DNA from: a virus
Lineage: Duplodnaviria; Caudoviricetes
IMG/VR virus record: IMGVR_UViG_3300028653_000015
Span: 1-64,000 of that record
Length of the DNA stretch: 64,000 nucleotides
Reading direction: 5' to 3' (one strand)
Part shown: positions 25,616 through 35,735 of the stretch, in pieces
Layout of the letters: the number at the start of each line of letters is the position of its first letter
Numbering within the stretch: the first letter of the stretch is position 1
The notes under the pieces: generated by a model
What the model saw: the letters and a program-made list of their open reading frames with translations, nothing else
Databases searched by the model: none
What the model was told of the DNA's origin: nothing
Position numbers and translations under genes: made by a program

Positions 25616-27654
25616 ACCATCGCTGCTTCAGGTCCTCGCTGTGGAGGTCTCTGCATAGGCAGGGCTCTCGCAGACGCGGCTGAGGCAGCGGTGGGGCCAT
25701 TTGCTCCGCTCATCATTAGCCCAACAACCGTATCATGCAACTCTGGGCTGCGTTCTTGTAGACGTCTGAGCGTTACTGGCTTCTCTGCAGGAGTGAGCCT
25801 CGATATCTTGTCCGCCAGTTGTCTAGCCATGTACAGCAAGTCTACATTCATCCCACCCGCGATATCTGTGTTGGTGGCTGTAGCTGGATGTTGTTGAATG
25901 CTGCTCAGACTGAGTGGAGATGTGATCTCTTTTGGAGGTGAAATCAAGGATGGGTCTCTTGGTGTGGGTGCCATGTCTGGAGACTTCTGTGGTGCAGGCT
26001 GACCCGTTTGTGCAGCCGCTTGATCTTGCATCATTCCACTCTGAATCTCTGACTGGAATGTCATCTGTTCCTTGGCCGCTTCTGTCTGTATCGCAGCCTG
26101 CTCCACCATGGCCTTGGCTTGTGCTTTGTTCTGCCACTTGGCTGTGACAAGCATGGCCTCTCCCTCCATCTCCGCCTGTAGCAGTCGCTGCTTCTTCATC
26201 GCAGCTACCCTACGAGAAGCCTCCACTTCCATGATCTTGTCTTCTTTAGCCGAGTCGTAGTCAGCATCTGCCATCAAGGACTCATCAGACATCTTGCCAG
26301 CTTGGTTAAGCTGGAAGAGATATGCCTTCCTCTGTAGATCGTCCGCCATCTTGAACGGCTTGAACCTTGCCCCCACCTTGGGCCAGCTCAAGTAGGATGC
26401 TGTCCTGTCAATCACCCACCGCAATAGGGATAACTGGTCAGACAAGTAGCCCAAGAACATGTTCTCGAGCATGCGCAAAGACACGTTAGATCCTGAGTAG
26501 CTAAGCCCACCAAAGATCAATTCGTTGGGTACTCCCATACCAGCAACAATATGCTCAGACCATACCCGAATCTCTTGACTGAGAAGTAGGGCCCTGCCAT
26601 CGCCGCCTATCGTCTCTTGACCAATAGGAAGTGGTAGGATGGGTATGTAGTTGTTGTCTGCACGCCACCGACGTAGCTCGCCCGCAATCTGATCATGCCA
26701 GTCCTGCAAGTTGACTGTGGTGTAGGGGTCACTGGTGGCAGAACCCGACTGTGGGAACAGCATCCTCAGGGGAACGATATGCTCAAGAGCTATGGATTCC
26801 TGGGCCTTCCTGAGCACCTGCAGATAGAAGGTATCCTTCAGTACTGGCAAAATCATAGGAGTACCCCAGCCTCTATCTTTGCCGGCAAGGGTAGGCCGCT
26901 TGAAGTGGTAGATATTGTCCCTGCTGAACACGACAGCCTTCCTCAAACGAAGGGCGTCGATGAACAGCTGGGGCACACTCTCTACCGCCGATTTTTTGCC
27001 TATTATAATGTCGTTCTTCAGCTGCACCGGGATCGAATAGTAGTACTCGTACTCCCCGCTGATGTCGTTGTATCGGATGTCAATGTCTTCCGGATTCCAT
27101 CGTAGTAGCCTGATACCCTTGGGTGCCTTGATGTAATGGTCCCGGACCTTGGCTATACCAGAATGATCGCACTGCTCACACTGCCAGTGGAACTCGAAGT
27201 TCATGAACCTGTATATGGCATCAGATGCCTGCTTCTCGAATCCGCAGCGTGTGCAACGAAGAATCTTCACGAATGGATAAAAGATGCTGACAAGAGCATT
27301 CCCGTAGGTGTAATAGTCCAGACCTATTTCGATCTGAAAAGGACGGTACCTTAGTTGCTCATTGAGAAAGCTGTTCCAGCTCTCCTTCAAATCTTGCTTT
27401 TCGGTGTCTAGGATGATGTCTGTAATGGGGTAGTCTGCCATCTTGGAGACTACGGCATTGATCAGTGGATTCACCAGGAAGTAGTACCGACACCACCGGA
27501 ACATCTGCTTGACCGTAGCTGGCAAGTAGGTCTGTCCGATATCGAAGAACGGGCTAGGGTATTGCAGACCGTAGTCTGAGGAGCTACCGGTACGTCCTCT
27601 AGTCCTAGAGAAGCGGAGAGCAGAGGAATCTGCACCACCTAAACCTGCACTCAT
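25612..27654 (-). CDS. Portal protein with Zn-ribbon insert and Q/A/P-rich C-terminal extension
   Basis: NPLINAVVSKMADYPI, DYYTYGNAL, LLRWNPEDI, IYHFK...GWGTPMI, IVAGMGVP.ELIFG portal-type pattern; CTRC...CEQC insert. Confidence 0.75.
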   Translation of the reverse strand: MSAGLGGADSSALRFSRTRGRTGSSSDYGLQYPSPFFDIGQTYLPATVKQMFRWCRYYFLVNPLINAVVSKMADYPITDIILDTEKQDLKESWNSFLNEQLRYRPFQIEIGLDYYTYGNALVSIFYPFVKILRCTRCGFEKQASDAIYRFMNFEFHWQCEQCDHSGIAKVRDHYIKAPKGIRLLRWNPEDIDIRYNDISGEYEYYYSIPVQLKNDIIIGKKSAVESVPQLFIDALRLRKAVVFSRDNIYHFKRPTLAGKDRGWGTPMILPVLKDTFYLQVLRKAQESIALEHIVPLRMLFPQSGSATSDPYTTVNLQDWHDQIAGELRRWRADNNYIPILPLPIGQETIGGDGRALLLSQEIRVWSEHIVAGMGVPNELIFGGLSYSGSNVSLRMLENMFLGYLSDQLSLLRWVIDRTASYLSWPKVGARFKPFKMADDLQRKAYLFQLNQAGKMSDESLMADADYDSAKEDKIMEVEASRRVAAMKKQRLLQAEMEGEAMLVTAKWQNKAQAKAMVEQAAIQTEAAKEQMTFQSEIQSGMMQDQAAAQTGQPAPQKSPDMAPTPRDPSLISPPKEITSPLSLSSIQQHPATATNTDIAGGMNVDLLYMARQLADKISRLTPAEKPVTLRRLQERSPELHDTVVGLMMSGANGPTAASAASARALPMQRPPQRGPEAAMV

Positions 27655-28487
27655 CCCACTACTCCTGCGTCAGGTGTAAGAGCTCCAGCACCGCTATTAG
27701 GCGCCAGTTGCCCAAGTGTTCGGCCGACACCCTCTCCTGCTTTCCCCGCCCAATGTCCCAACAGGTAGCTTGGCAAGAGGCCAGAGGGCCCTACTGTGTA
27801 GCCCACGGTACTTGCAGCATCGCCTAGGGTACGTTCTAGCCTGCCAGGCCCACCTGGTTCAGTAGGTCTGGCAGCATCCATAGTTATACCAACGCCGGCA
27901 GCACCGGTCAGTCCCTTCTCGAGCTGACCCATCCTATTCCAGGAATTGTGGAGCAGTTTTCCTGGGTGTGTAACCATGCCGTGTACTGCACCAGGAACAG
28001 TCAGCCAGCCCTGTTGGAATGCTTGTTGGTGGGCTGCATCTCTAGCCAGGTCCTTAGCGTGTGGCTTCTCCGCCAACTCTGGAAGCACCCCTAACTCCCT
28101 AGCTTTAGAAAGTTGTTCTGCTGGATTACCTTCTATACCGTGGCCTGTGAACTGGTACTTAGATCTGTCCCAGAACTTCTTGGTTGCTTTGCTGGCTGCT
28201 TCTCTACCACCCTTGGTAGCCAGCAACCCAGCACCAGTCAAACCACCACCAACTAAAGCCCCTCTAGAAGCGCCCTGAAGCCTTTCACCAGGCTCTGCAG
28301 TACCAGCTCCCACTGCTGCCCCCGCGCCAGCGCCTATCGCAAGCTTCCCACCATAGGTGCCCATCCTATTGCTAAGACCCTCACGCACCGCTGGAATTAG
28401 CTTACGAATGCCAGACAGCGGAAGAGCAGCCTCCTTCTGGAGCTGCTCAACCAGTGCATGCATGTGGGACTGGGTTATGTGTCTCAT
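27651..28487 (-). CDS. Gly/Ala-rich (glycine-zipper) virion protein (start ATG 28487)
   Basis: ATGA overlap; LQKEAA near the N-terminus; LAIGAGAGAAVGAG and GALVGGGLTGAGLL segments. Confidence 0.55.
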   Translation of the reverse strand: MRHITQSHMHALVEQLQKEAALPLSGIRKLIPAVREGLSNRMGTYGGKLAIGAGAGAAVGAGTAEPGERLQGASRGALVGGGLTGAGLLATKGGREAASKATKKFWDRSKYQFTGHGIEGNPAEQLSKARELGVLPELAEKPHAKDLARDAAHQQAFQQGWLTVPGAVHGMVTHPGKLLHNSWNRMGQLEKGLTGAAGVGITMDAARPTEPGGPGRLERTLGDAASTVGYTVGPSGLLPSYLLGHWAGKAGEGVGRTLGQLAPNSGAGALTPDAGVVG

Positions 28488-29350
28488 GACAACAACAGCA
28501 ACTGTTCCTTGAGTTGCTTGTTCCTTAAAGCTTGATAATCCCACGCAACCTTCAGTTTGGCTACCTGTATATCGACGGGGTTCTCCTCCAGCGTCAGACC
28601 CTCTGGGGTGCGTATTATTTCCCTGTACTTCTGCTGCACCTCTGTGATCATATCTGAGGACTCAAGACCCCTATCACTAAGGTATCTATTGATCTCGCTT
28701 TGACAGAACGCTATAGGGTGTGGTGCGTACATAACATTCTCGTCCAGCACGCTGGCAGCTACAAAACTTTGTGTCTCAAGTACAAATGCCTCACCAGACC
28801 TAACCATCTCCGCCGCATCCACACTGTTGAAGAGCTGTGCGATAGATGGCTTCTGAAGTACCTGCCAATCTGGAATGTTGTTGTTAAGTGCCTGTGTTAT
28901 CCAACAGAACACTTCCCAGTTTGTCCAGTACATCTGCCCTATGTGCAGGGTCTTAATCGCTTGAATCTTTGCCTTCGCATGATCTGATATAGATGGTACG
29001 TGGAAATCTTCTTTGATCTCTTTCCACAGAGTCTCCGATTCCCACTCAAACCAGTCTGTTCCGTACTTACGCAACAGTGCCACGTCAAACACCACAGGAT
29101 GAGAATCGTGGTGCACAAACAGATTCTTAGTTGTGACTGGAGTGGACTTCTTGTTCTGAATGTCTCCCACCATCACAGGAGGAAGACTGGCTACGTCGTT
29201 AAGAGTCAGAACGGGCTTAGTCTTGTCAGTAGTTTCAACCACCAGGTCTGCATCGAGGACAGCGGGTTCACCGGCATCTACGAAGAGAGATGGCTTCTGC
29301 TGGCCGACTTTTTCAAGTACGGCCAGCAGATCTGATTCGTGATCAGCCAT
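28484..29350 (-). CDS. Hypothetical virion-operon protein
   Basis: 288-aa ORF in the portal operon; LEKVG near the N-terminus. Confidence 0.6.
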   Translation of the reverse strand: MADHESDLLAVLEKVGQQKPSLFVDAGEPAVLDADLVVETTDKTKPVLTLNDVASLPPVMVGDIQNKKSTPVTTKNLFVHHDSHPVVFDVALLRKYGTDWFEWESETLWKEIKEDFHVPSISDHAKAKIQAIKTLHIGQMYWTNWEVFCWITQALNNNIPDWQVLQKPSIAQLFNSVDAAEMVRSGEAFVLETQSFVAASVLDENVMYAPHPIAFCQSEINRYLSDRGLESSDMITEVQQKYREIIRTPEGLTLEENPVDIQVAKLKVAWDYQALRNKQLKEQLLLLS

Positions 29351-29370
29351 CTTGTACTGCTTACTCCAGA

Positions 29371-30531
29371 CTATTCACCAGCAGCTCCACTTGGTCCAGA
29401 AGGTCCACTTGGTCCAGAAGGTCCACTTGGTCCAGAAGGTCCACTTGGTCCAGAAGGTCCACTTGGTCCAGAGGGTCCTGTAGGTCCATCAAGCTCAACC
29501 GTAAGTGGGCTGGTGAATACACCATTCGATTGAACTCTGACAGCAACCATGTCTCCCGATGCACGAGGAGGATCAACATCCGTCATGTCAGGATTGATGA
29601 CTACTACACCACTGTCTATCCAAGCAGCAGCTCCAGCCGTGCCTGTAGTGTTCTTTGGCATGCAGGGGATACCAGCTACGGTCACACCGTTACCGGCATA
29701 GTTTCCTACTCCGCCAGCAAGTGGGGTCACTGGAACTGCAGTAGAAATACCTGTGCCAGCCGCCGTAGCAGCCGCACGAATGATGCCCCGGCAAGGAGAG
29801 CCATCAGCATTGATCAGTGTGGCCACTGCATTGGCTGTGCTACCACCCTGAGCAGGCTGTACAGTCAACAGCCGTACTGACACAAACGCCTTAGGTTCTA
29901 CTGGTGTGTAGACTCCACCACCTGCAGTACCAAGAGTAGCAGTGATACCAAATGCAGTTGCATTGATAGCATCAACAACATCTTGAGCAGTGCTTCCACC
30001 ATCAGCGAATCTGATAACCAGTCTGTTGTTTGGCGCATCGAAGGTCACACGCAGGGTTCCACCAGCGCCTGGCTGTATGATCTCAACCTGGAGACCAACC
30101 GCACTAGGATCGGTTGAAACCAGATTGATGACCGATGTTCCAGATGTCAGCACGCAAGTGAGCGTGTCAGAGTAGGCGATGGAGAGTGCACCAGATTCTA
30201 CTGGGGCAGCAAGTATCTGCGCCTTGATGCCACTCTTACCTGGCTTCATAGCAGTCAGCGTAAGGATGGCAGTACCAGAGACCAGAGCCGCATGATCGAA
30301 GGTCTGTCCCTGAAGAAGCTTACGACCAGCCAGTGTAATGACTCCACCGGTAGATACGGGAACAGCCCCCACCATAGCATCGAGCTCGGGGAATCCAACT
30401 CGTCCTTCCGAGTTCTCAAACCCAAGTTCTGTATCAACCCGGAGATCTGCAATCTCCCCCGGCAAACCTGTCTTACCACTGGCTACCAAATGTGGGATCT
30501 TTGCGCTAGCGAAACCGAATGATTGTGACAT
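29371..30531 (-). CDS. Structural protein with internal duplication and C-terminal collagen-like tail
   Basis: G/A/T/V-rich; repeated [14 protein letters not shown] / [14 protein letters not shown]; ends GPT(GPS)10GAAGE; AAGGAG RBS. Confidence 0.65.
   Translation of the reverse strand: MSQSFGFASAKIPHLVASGKTGLPGEIADLRVDTELGFENSEGRVGFPELDAMVGAVPVSTGGVITLAGRKLLQGQTFDHAALVSGTAILTLTAMKPGKSGIKAQILAAPVESGALSIAYSDTLTCVLTSGTSVINLVSTDPSAVGLQVEIIQPGAGGTLRVTFDAPNNRLVIRFADGGSTAQDVVDAINATAFGITATLGTAGGGVYTPVEPKAFVSVRLLTVQPAQGGSTANAVATLINADGSPCRGIIRAAATAAGTGISTAVPVTPLAGGVGNYAGNGVTVAGIPCMPKNTTGTAGAAAWIDSGVVVINPDMTDVDPPRASGDMVAVRVQSNGVFTSPLTVELDGPTGPSGPSGPSGPSGPSGPSGPSGPSGPSGPSGAAGE
29387..29476. repeat. 18-bp tandem repeat x5 encoding (GPS)10
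   Basis: CCACTTGGTCCAGAAGGT x4 plus CCACTTGGTCCAGAGGGT. Confidence 0.95.
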
Positions 30532-30546
30532 GTTGTTCTCCTTCTC

Positions 30547-31902
30547 CTACTGCGTATCGTTGAGAATCCTGGCGATAATCCGTTTCGAATCCAGTGGCAG
30601 AGAATCGAACACTTCGCTCGGTTTCTCTACTATCTCACTCGCCAGTTCGGGACCAAACTTTGCTTTTAATGCATGTATTTTCTGACTGTCGTGCACACCC
30701 TCCTGTAACTGATCTTGTGTCAGTCTATCAGCTCCCTGCTCCCATAGCCACTCCGCCCTTTTCTCCATCCCAAACACACATGCTACTGGGTCTACAATGA
30801 AGTCATCCCAGTATTGATCTAGGCCATGCTGCACATCGAATGCCGTAAGATCTATGCAGAACTGGTCTGGAGAAGCACTGGCATACTTATCCAGCATGCC
30901 CCTCAGTGCATCCCTCTCCGGCGCATCATCTACCCAGAACTGCATACGAGTACAGACCGAAGCTCGTACATCATCAGCTGAGGCAAAGTTCTTGCCAGCA
31001 TACTTCATGATGTTGTCAGTCACGGAGATATGAAGTTCATCAGCTCTGGCTGCGAGCTTGGTGCAGTACTCCCTACGCTCCTGTGGATGTAGGCTCTTAC
31101 CATTCTCTTCAAACCACTTGTTTGCCTCCAGGACTTCCCCGTAACTGTCGATGGGGAAGCGACCCTGGCCCAGCTTCTCTAGACAGTAGCGTGTGTGAGC
31201 CTTCTTCTCGAACTTCGGAGGTGGAGACTTACCAGTGGTATTCACATACAAATGATCAGCGTCCTTGGGTATGTGCATCTGTACCTTCTTGTCAAAGTCT
31301 TTCATGGCATTGAGCTTGCCAGAAGTGATTCTCATCTTCTTTACTAGATCTGATACTCCAGCTTTCTTCTCATCTGTAGCGTTGAGCTGGCTATCCGCAT
31401 CAGCCTCTTTGTTAGGATTGGACTGAAGAGGCATTACTTCTGATCCAGTCAAGTCCGCTGATTTCTTCTTGCCGCCAAACAACTCTTGGGACAGCTCTCT
31501 TCGCTCTGCGGATGGCATAGGCTTACCAGCATGAGTGAGAGTTACATGTTCCGCAGTCTTCTGTAGTTGCCAAGGCGGTTCGATCTCAAAAGCCTGGCAG
31601 TACTCCACCAGGTTGGCAGCAGCTACCTTCTGTGCCTCTTCCGGCAGCTTGTCCTTGTTCTCCAGGAAGTAGAGGGTGGATAGAGCAGTGTTACCCTTGT
31701 CCACACAGGCGAACTTTCTGATCTTATTACCCTGGTCTACCATAACCAAGGCAAAGGCATCATCAGGAAGAGCAGCCAGCTTCTCCTCTGACTGATAGTC
31801 AGCTTGCCGGATGTAGTCCGGGAGCTGAGCGAATGCAAGTTTGGTCTTCAGTACTGTTCCTGAAGGGTCGTCATAGAAATCGATGACCGTGCCTGTTTGC
31901 AT
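30547..31902 (-). CDS. Internal head protein, K-x-A rich, with DUF6582-like motifs (start ATG 31902)
   Basis: GGAG RBS before MQTGTVIDF; LPDDAFALV...RKF..D and GRFPIDSY motifs; EKLAA, QKVAA, QKTAE, KKSAD, NKEAD, TKLAA, EKRAE. Confidence 0.6.
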   Translation of the reverse strand: MQTGTVIDFYDDPSGTVLKTKLAFAQLPDYIRQADYQSEEKLAALPDDAFALVMVDQGNKIRKFACVDKGNTALSTLYFLENKDKLPEEAQKVAAANLVEYCQAFEIEPPWQLQKTAEHVTLTHAGKPMPSAERRELSQELFGGKKKSADLTGSEVMPLQSNPNKEADADSQLNATDEKKAGVSDLVKKMRITSGKLNAMKDFDKKVQMHIPKDADHLYVNTTGKSPPPKFEKKAHTRYCLEKLGQGRFPIDSYGEVLEANKWFEENGKSLHPQERREYCTKLAARADELHISVTDNIMKYAGKNFASADDVRASVCTRMQFWVDDAPERDALRGMLDKYASASPDQFCIDLTAFDVQHGLDQYWDDFIVDPVACVFGMEKRAEWLWEQGADRLTQDQLQEGVHDSQKIHALKAKFGPELASEIVEKPSEVFDSLPLDSKRIIARILNDTQ

Positions 31903-31920
31903 GGGTATCTCCAAGACTAG

Positions 31921-31950
31921 ATAGTACGAGCCACAAGGAAGCCGTGTCAA
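31921..31950 (-). promoter_or_regulatory. Sigma70-type promoter for the portal operon
   Basis: Minus strand TTGACA (31950-31945), 18 nt, TACTAT (31926-31921). Confidence 0.7.
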
Positions 31951-31968
31951 CTCCTATACTAGCGCAGC

Positions 31969-31994
31969 AAAAAGCTCAAAACCACGGGTATAAG
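31969..31994 (+). promoter_or_regulatory. Phage-specific promoter motif, copy 5, heading the replication block
   Basis: AAAAA-gctcaaaaccac-GGGTATAAG, back-to-back with the sigma70-type promoter. Confidence 0.65.
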
Positions 31995-32065
31995 CAAATC
32001 AGTCTATACCCCTGATAATGCCTACAGACAAGATTCTCAGAACAACTGCACAGCAAAGGAGATCA

Positions 32066-32476
32066 ATGGGATACGCAGAACGGTTCAATCTGAATGAGAC
32101 ACCAAGGTGCTTCGGTCACAACGAATGCTATGACGATGATGACACCGATTGCAAAGCCTGCAAACATCTTCATACGTGTCGACAGGAAGTCACCAGACAA
32201 TCGGCAGCAGCTATGCCACGAGTAGCAACTGCCTACACACCCTACCGCCCCTCCGCCTCCGCTCCTACACCAATCCGACCAGCCTACACTCCAAGCTACA
32301 ACTCGAACTATAGGCATGGTAGTTATCCAAGTGCTGATGTACCGACCTGGGAACCTGGGCCCATGAACGACAAAGATCCTGCGGTCACACGCTTCTTCAA
32401 AGATGGTGCCGCTGGTGCAGCTCGAGGTCTGTTCTTTGAGTTCTGGAGATTCTGGACCGTGTTCCGCCTCAAGTAA
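32066..32476 (+). CDS. Small Zn-finger protein (start ATG 32066)
   Basis: AAGGAG RBS; CFGH...CKACKHLHTC; Pro/Tyr-rich linker. Confidence 0.6.
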   Translation: MGYAERFNLNETPRCFGHNECYDDDDTDCKACKHLHTCRQEVTRQSAAAMPRVATAYTPYRPSASAPTPIRPAYTPSYNSNYRHGSYPSADVPTWEPGPMNDKDPAVTRFFKDGAAGAARGLFFEFWRFWTVFRLK

Positions 32477-32485
32477 TAGATCAAC

Positions 32486-32519
32486 TTGACACAATGCAAT
32501 TAGACGCAGTCTAATTGCA
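32486..32519 (+). promoter_or_regulatory. Sigma70-like promoter overlapped by an 11-bp perfect inverted repeat
   Basis: TTGACA (32486-32491), 18 nt, TCTAAT (32510-32515); TGCAATTAGAC-GCA-GTCTAATTGCA (32495-32519). Confidence 0.5.
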
Positions 32520-32543
32520 GCGCATCAAAATTTAGGAGACAAA

Positions 32544-33992
32544 ATGGCAAACCTGCATTTGATCAAGAGAGATCCTGACAAAGGTTACTTCGGTAGGCAA
32601 CTGTGGATACCGAAGAAACATGTGAATGTGAGATCGATCAAGGCAGGGCTAGAGTACCCTGTGATGGGGGATGAGGGTATTGCTTTTCTACAGCTCTGGG
32701 AAGAGAACGAAACGCACATCATTGTGCCTAGAGAGTTCATTCCCCGGGATCAATACCCGCTCCTTCAGTTTCCCATAGTGCGGGTAGGTCCTACCTCTTT
32801 TCCCACCATCAAATTCAAGAGCAGCATAGAGCTGGATAAGAAGAAACTCCATCTCAATATCCAGCGAGATGCCTTCAAAGCTATGTGCGCTTCTCGCAGT
32901 GGTATCTTGAACTTAAGTTGTGGCCGGGGGAAGACAGTAATAGCCCTGCACCACATAGCCGAGAAAAAAGTACCAGCTCTGATCATAGTGAACAATACCA
33001 CTCTGATAAACCAGTGGGGAGAGAGGATCGAACAGTTCCTGGAAGTAGCGGGGGGTGTAGGACTAGTACAAGGTCCTCCAAACACCTGGGACTGGGAAGG
33101 TAGGGGCATAGTTATAGCCATGCTCCACTCCCTTTCCTTGCGTTACGAGGAACTGCCTGACGGTTTTGATCGATACTTTGGTGGTGTCTACTACGATGAG
33201 ACTCACCATCTTTCTGCTCCACTCTTTGTCCGAGCCGCTCCTATGTTCTACGGAGCTAGGTACGGACTGACAGCAACAGTAAACAGAGAAGATGGACTAG
33301 AGTCCATCTATCAGTACCACATTGGTCCTGTGTTTTATAGAAATCTGATGCAAGACCTGAAGCCTCGCATCTACATCCAGGAGATGCCTGTGCATGTCAA
33401 CTTCCAGGACCCTGCGGTCATAAAGGAAATCACAGACAAGCGAGGCATGCCTAGTATCCCTAAGCTCCGGGGCTATCTGTGTACCCGGCCGGAAACTCTT
33501 GAGTTCATCTCAAGCAAGCTGCGTGTTCCTCTACATAAAGGACGTAAGGTCCTGGCACTCAGTCACTGCATCGAACAGCTATGTGCGTTGAACGCTATGT
33601 TTCCAGACTCCGGCCTGTGCATAGGTGATGTGCCACCACATGAAAGAATCGAAACTTTGAGGCATAAGCAAATCACATTTGGGACTCTGCAGTTAGTCAA
33701 GGAAGCTCTGGACGAAGAGACCCTGGATACCATATTCTTCTTGACCCCGTTCGGCAGTGGTGCCGTAGAGATGGGTGGAAAAAACTCTCTACAGCAAGGA
33801 ATGGGTCGTATCCTAAGGCCCCTTGAAGGTAAGAGGCATCCTATAGTTGTGATCGTAGACCCCATATACATACCCAAACTCCACAGGATGTGCAGTCAGT
33901 TGAAGAAGCTCATCAATGCCTGGCCTCAAGATGAGGGCGGGCCTTTTGAGTACACACTTCTAAGTCCATACGAAGGAGCCGAACCGAAATGA
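32544..33992 (+). CDS. Superfamily 2 helicase (UvsW/XPB-like)
   Basis: LSCGRGKT, YYDETHH, GLTAT..REDG, QQGMGRILR. Confidence 0.85.
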   Translation: MANLHLIKRDPDKGYFGRQLWIPKKHVNVRSIKAGLEYPVMGDEGIAFLQLWEENETHIIVPREFIPRDQYPLLQFPIVRVGPTSFPTIKFKSSIELDKKKLHLNIQRDAFKAMCASRSGILNLSCGRGKTVIALHHIAEKKVPALIIVNNTTLINQWGERIEQFLEVAGGVGLVQGPPNTWDWEGRGIVIAMLHSLSLRYEELPDGFDRYFGGVYYDETHHLSAPLFVRAAPMFYGARYGLTATVNREDGLESIYQYHIGPVFYRNLMQDLKPRIYIQEMPVHVNFQDPAVIKEITDKRGMPSIPKLRGYLCTRPETLEFISSKLRVPLHKGRKVLALSHCIEQLCALNAMFPDSGLCIGDVPPHERIETLRHKQITFGTLQLVKEALDEETLDTIFFLTPFGSGAVEMGGKNSLQQGMGRILRPLEGKRHPIVVIVDPIYIPKLHRMCSQLKKLINAWPQDEGGPFEYTLLSPYEGAEPK

Positions 33993-34519
33993 TCAGTATG
34001 GATGATCTACTTAACATCATATGCACAGAAGCTTTTGAAGGTGGCAACACTAGTTCCTGTATTGATTATGCAAGTCCAGAAGAAGTACACAATCAACATC
34101 TAAAAGAGGGCGGAATAAAAATGAACCAAGACAACAAACGATTGATCATTCTAGGCAACGGTAACCTTCAACAGATGTACGTGGGGTACACCCTGTTCTC
34201 ACATGAGCAGATACTATACATGCTTAAAGAAGGACACCCCATCGGCCTCACAGAGGCCAGAATCTTTCAACACCTGATCATAAATATGATGAGCCCACAA
34301 GGGCCACTCACCAGCGTGAACACAAAGATCTTACCATTTCCCATAGACATGAGTGGCGGAGAGATTTGGATTAAGGCAACTGAGTACATAGATCCTGACA
34401 GTTCTAGAGCCGTATCTGAGGCCATCAAGAACCTACTGGGGACGTGCAGCCAGATAGAACAAGATGCGCGACTAAAGGACTCAGGATTAGTCCTAGCTTC
34501 CAGCATGCCAAAGGACTGA
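33989..34519 (+). CDS. Hypothetical protein
   Basis: ATGA-coupled ORF in the replication operon. Confidence 0.6.
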   Translation: MISMDDLLNIICTEAFEGGNTSSCIDYASPEEVHNQHLKEGGIKMNQDNKRLIILGNGNLQQMYVGYTLFSHEQILYMLKEGHPIGLTEARIFQHLIINMMSPQGPLTSVNTKILPFPIDMSGGEIWIKATEYIDPDSSRAVSEAIKNLLGTCSQIEQDARLKDSGLVLASSMPKD

Positions 34520-34526
34520 GTACACG

Positions 34527-35258
34527 ATGAATAAAGAAGAAGCACTCAAGCAATTGAGAGCAGAGTGGGGTGACTGTAGACGTTGCGGTTTATGCAATAC
34601 ACGTAAGAACCTGGTCTTCGGTAATGGCAATCCCAATGCAGACATATTGATAGTGGGAGAAGGACCTGGGGAAACTGAAGACAAACTTGGTCTGCCCTTC
34701 CGGGGATCTAGTGGCGAGATTCTGAATCGATTCCTAGATGCTGCACAGATAGACAGGAACTCGGAACTGTATCTCACGAATGTGGTGTGCTGTTGGCCAT
34801 ACCAAGTTGTGAAAGATGAGAGGACAAACAGGGACCTTCGTGAGACCAGGTCCCCCACCAAGGAAGAAAAGCTGGCATGTAGAGAACGGTTACTGAAGAT
34901 TCTCTATATTGTAGACCCAATGATCATAGTAGCCCTAGGCAAGACAGCCATGCAGTCTCTGACCGGCAAGGGTACTGTAATTACAAAAGCACGTGGCGAG
35001 ATACTGGTGATGGAAATACAGGGTGTGCATACCAAGGTTCGTTACCCAGTCCTTCCCGTTTACCATCCGGCCTACCTAGCCAGAAGCATGGACTACACAG
35101 ATGATGGTCCATGGCATACAACGGAAATGGACTTCGGTCTTCTGTGTCAGGTGGTGGATTGCTTACGAGAAAAGTACTACGGTAAAGTACCCCCAGAAAG
35201 AGATCAAAAACATGAGCAACCGAAAGAAAAAGAAAACGAAGACAGAGACCACGATTGA
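34527..35258 (+). CDS. udg: Uracil-DNA glycosylase, family 4 (Fe-S type)
   Basis: CRRCGLC, VGEGPGETED..G.PF.G.SG, YLTNVVCC.P, YHPAYL. Confidence 0.9.
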   Translation: MNKEEALKQLRAEWGDCRRCGLCNTRKNLVFGNGNPNADILIVGEGPGETEDKLGLPFRGSSGEILNRFLDAAQIDRNSELYLTNVVCCWPYQVVKDERTNRDLRETRSPTKEEKLACRERLLKILYIVDPMIIVALGKTAMQSLTGKGTVITKARGEILVMEIQGVHTKVRYPVLPVYHPAYLARSMDYTDDGPWHTTEMDFGLLCQVVDCLREKYYGKVPPERDQKHEQPKEKENEDRDHD

Positions 35259-35727
35259 CCAGCCACCATCAATGGCCGACAACAGCGCCAAACGGTACAG
35301 AGCTGCAGAAGCAGAATTAGCGGAGTTCATGAAGGACCCCGACGTTAGGGAGATACTAACAGAACTGTATCAGTTGGTTGATGAGAGGAATGCAACTCTG
35401 GATGAGGCCATTCGCAACATCAAGTCAGAACTACAGCGTTCTGATCAAGCGCAGCTTGTGCTTGGGGGACTAGGTGCACAAAAGAGGCACAAGAGGTGGT
35501 ATGATACTGACTTCTTGGCTGAGCATCTGCCACACAACCAAGCACAGCTGGTTCTCACATCACATCTTGAGTGGGAACTCAATCAAACACTACTTGAGCA
35601 ACTGCTGAGGCAGGGTGAGGTTGATGCCGAGGTAGTTAAGCAGGCGTTTCATGACGAACCCGATTCTCCTGCGGTACTACCTGGCACACCGAAACCATTC
35701 ATCCTTCCACCGCTACCAGTTGATTAG
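35212..35727 (+). CDS. Hypothetical coiled-coil protein (start ATG 35212)
   Basis: Open frame beginning MSNRKKKK; helical. Confidence 0.55.
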   Translation: MSNRKKKKTKTETTIDQPPSMADNSAKRYRAAEAELAEFMKDPDVREILTELYQLVDERNATLDEAIRNIKSELQRSDQAQLVLGGLGAQKRHKRWYDTDFLAEHLPHNQAQLVLTSHLEWELNQTLLEQLLRQGEVDAEVVKQAFHDEPDSPAVLPGTPKPFILPPLPVD

Positions 35728-35735
35728 AGGGAACT

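Noticed and set aside
29387-29476. CRISPR array
   Set aside because: The repeats are directly adjacent with no spacers. The Cas4-like nuclease at 47617 sits in a recombination cluster with no other cas genes.
29290-29880. Plus-strand collagen-like (GPEGPL)n and (STWSRR)n ORFs
   Set aside because: These are alternative readings of the same 18-bp repeat, with no RBS and antisense to a coherent operon.
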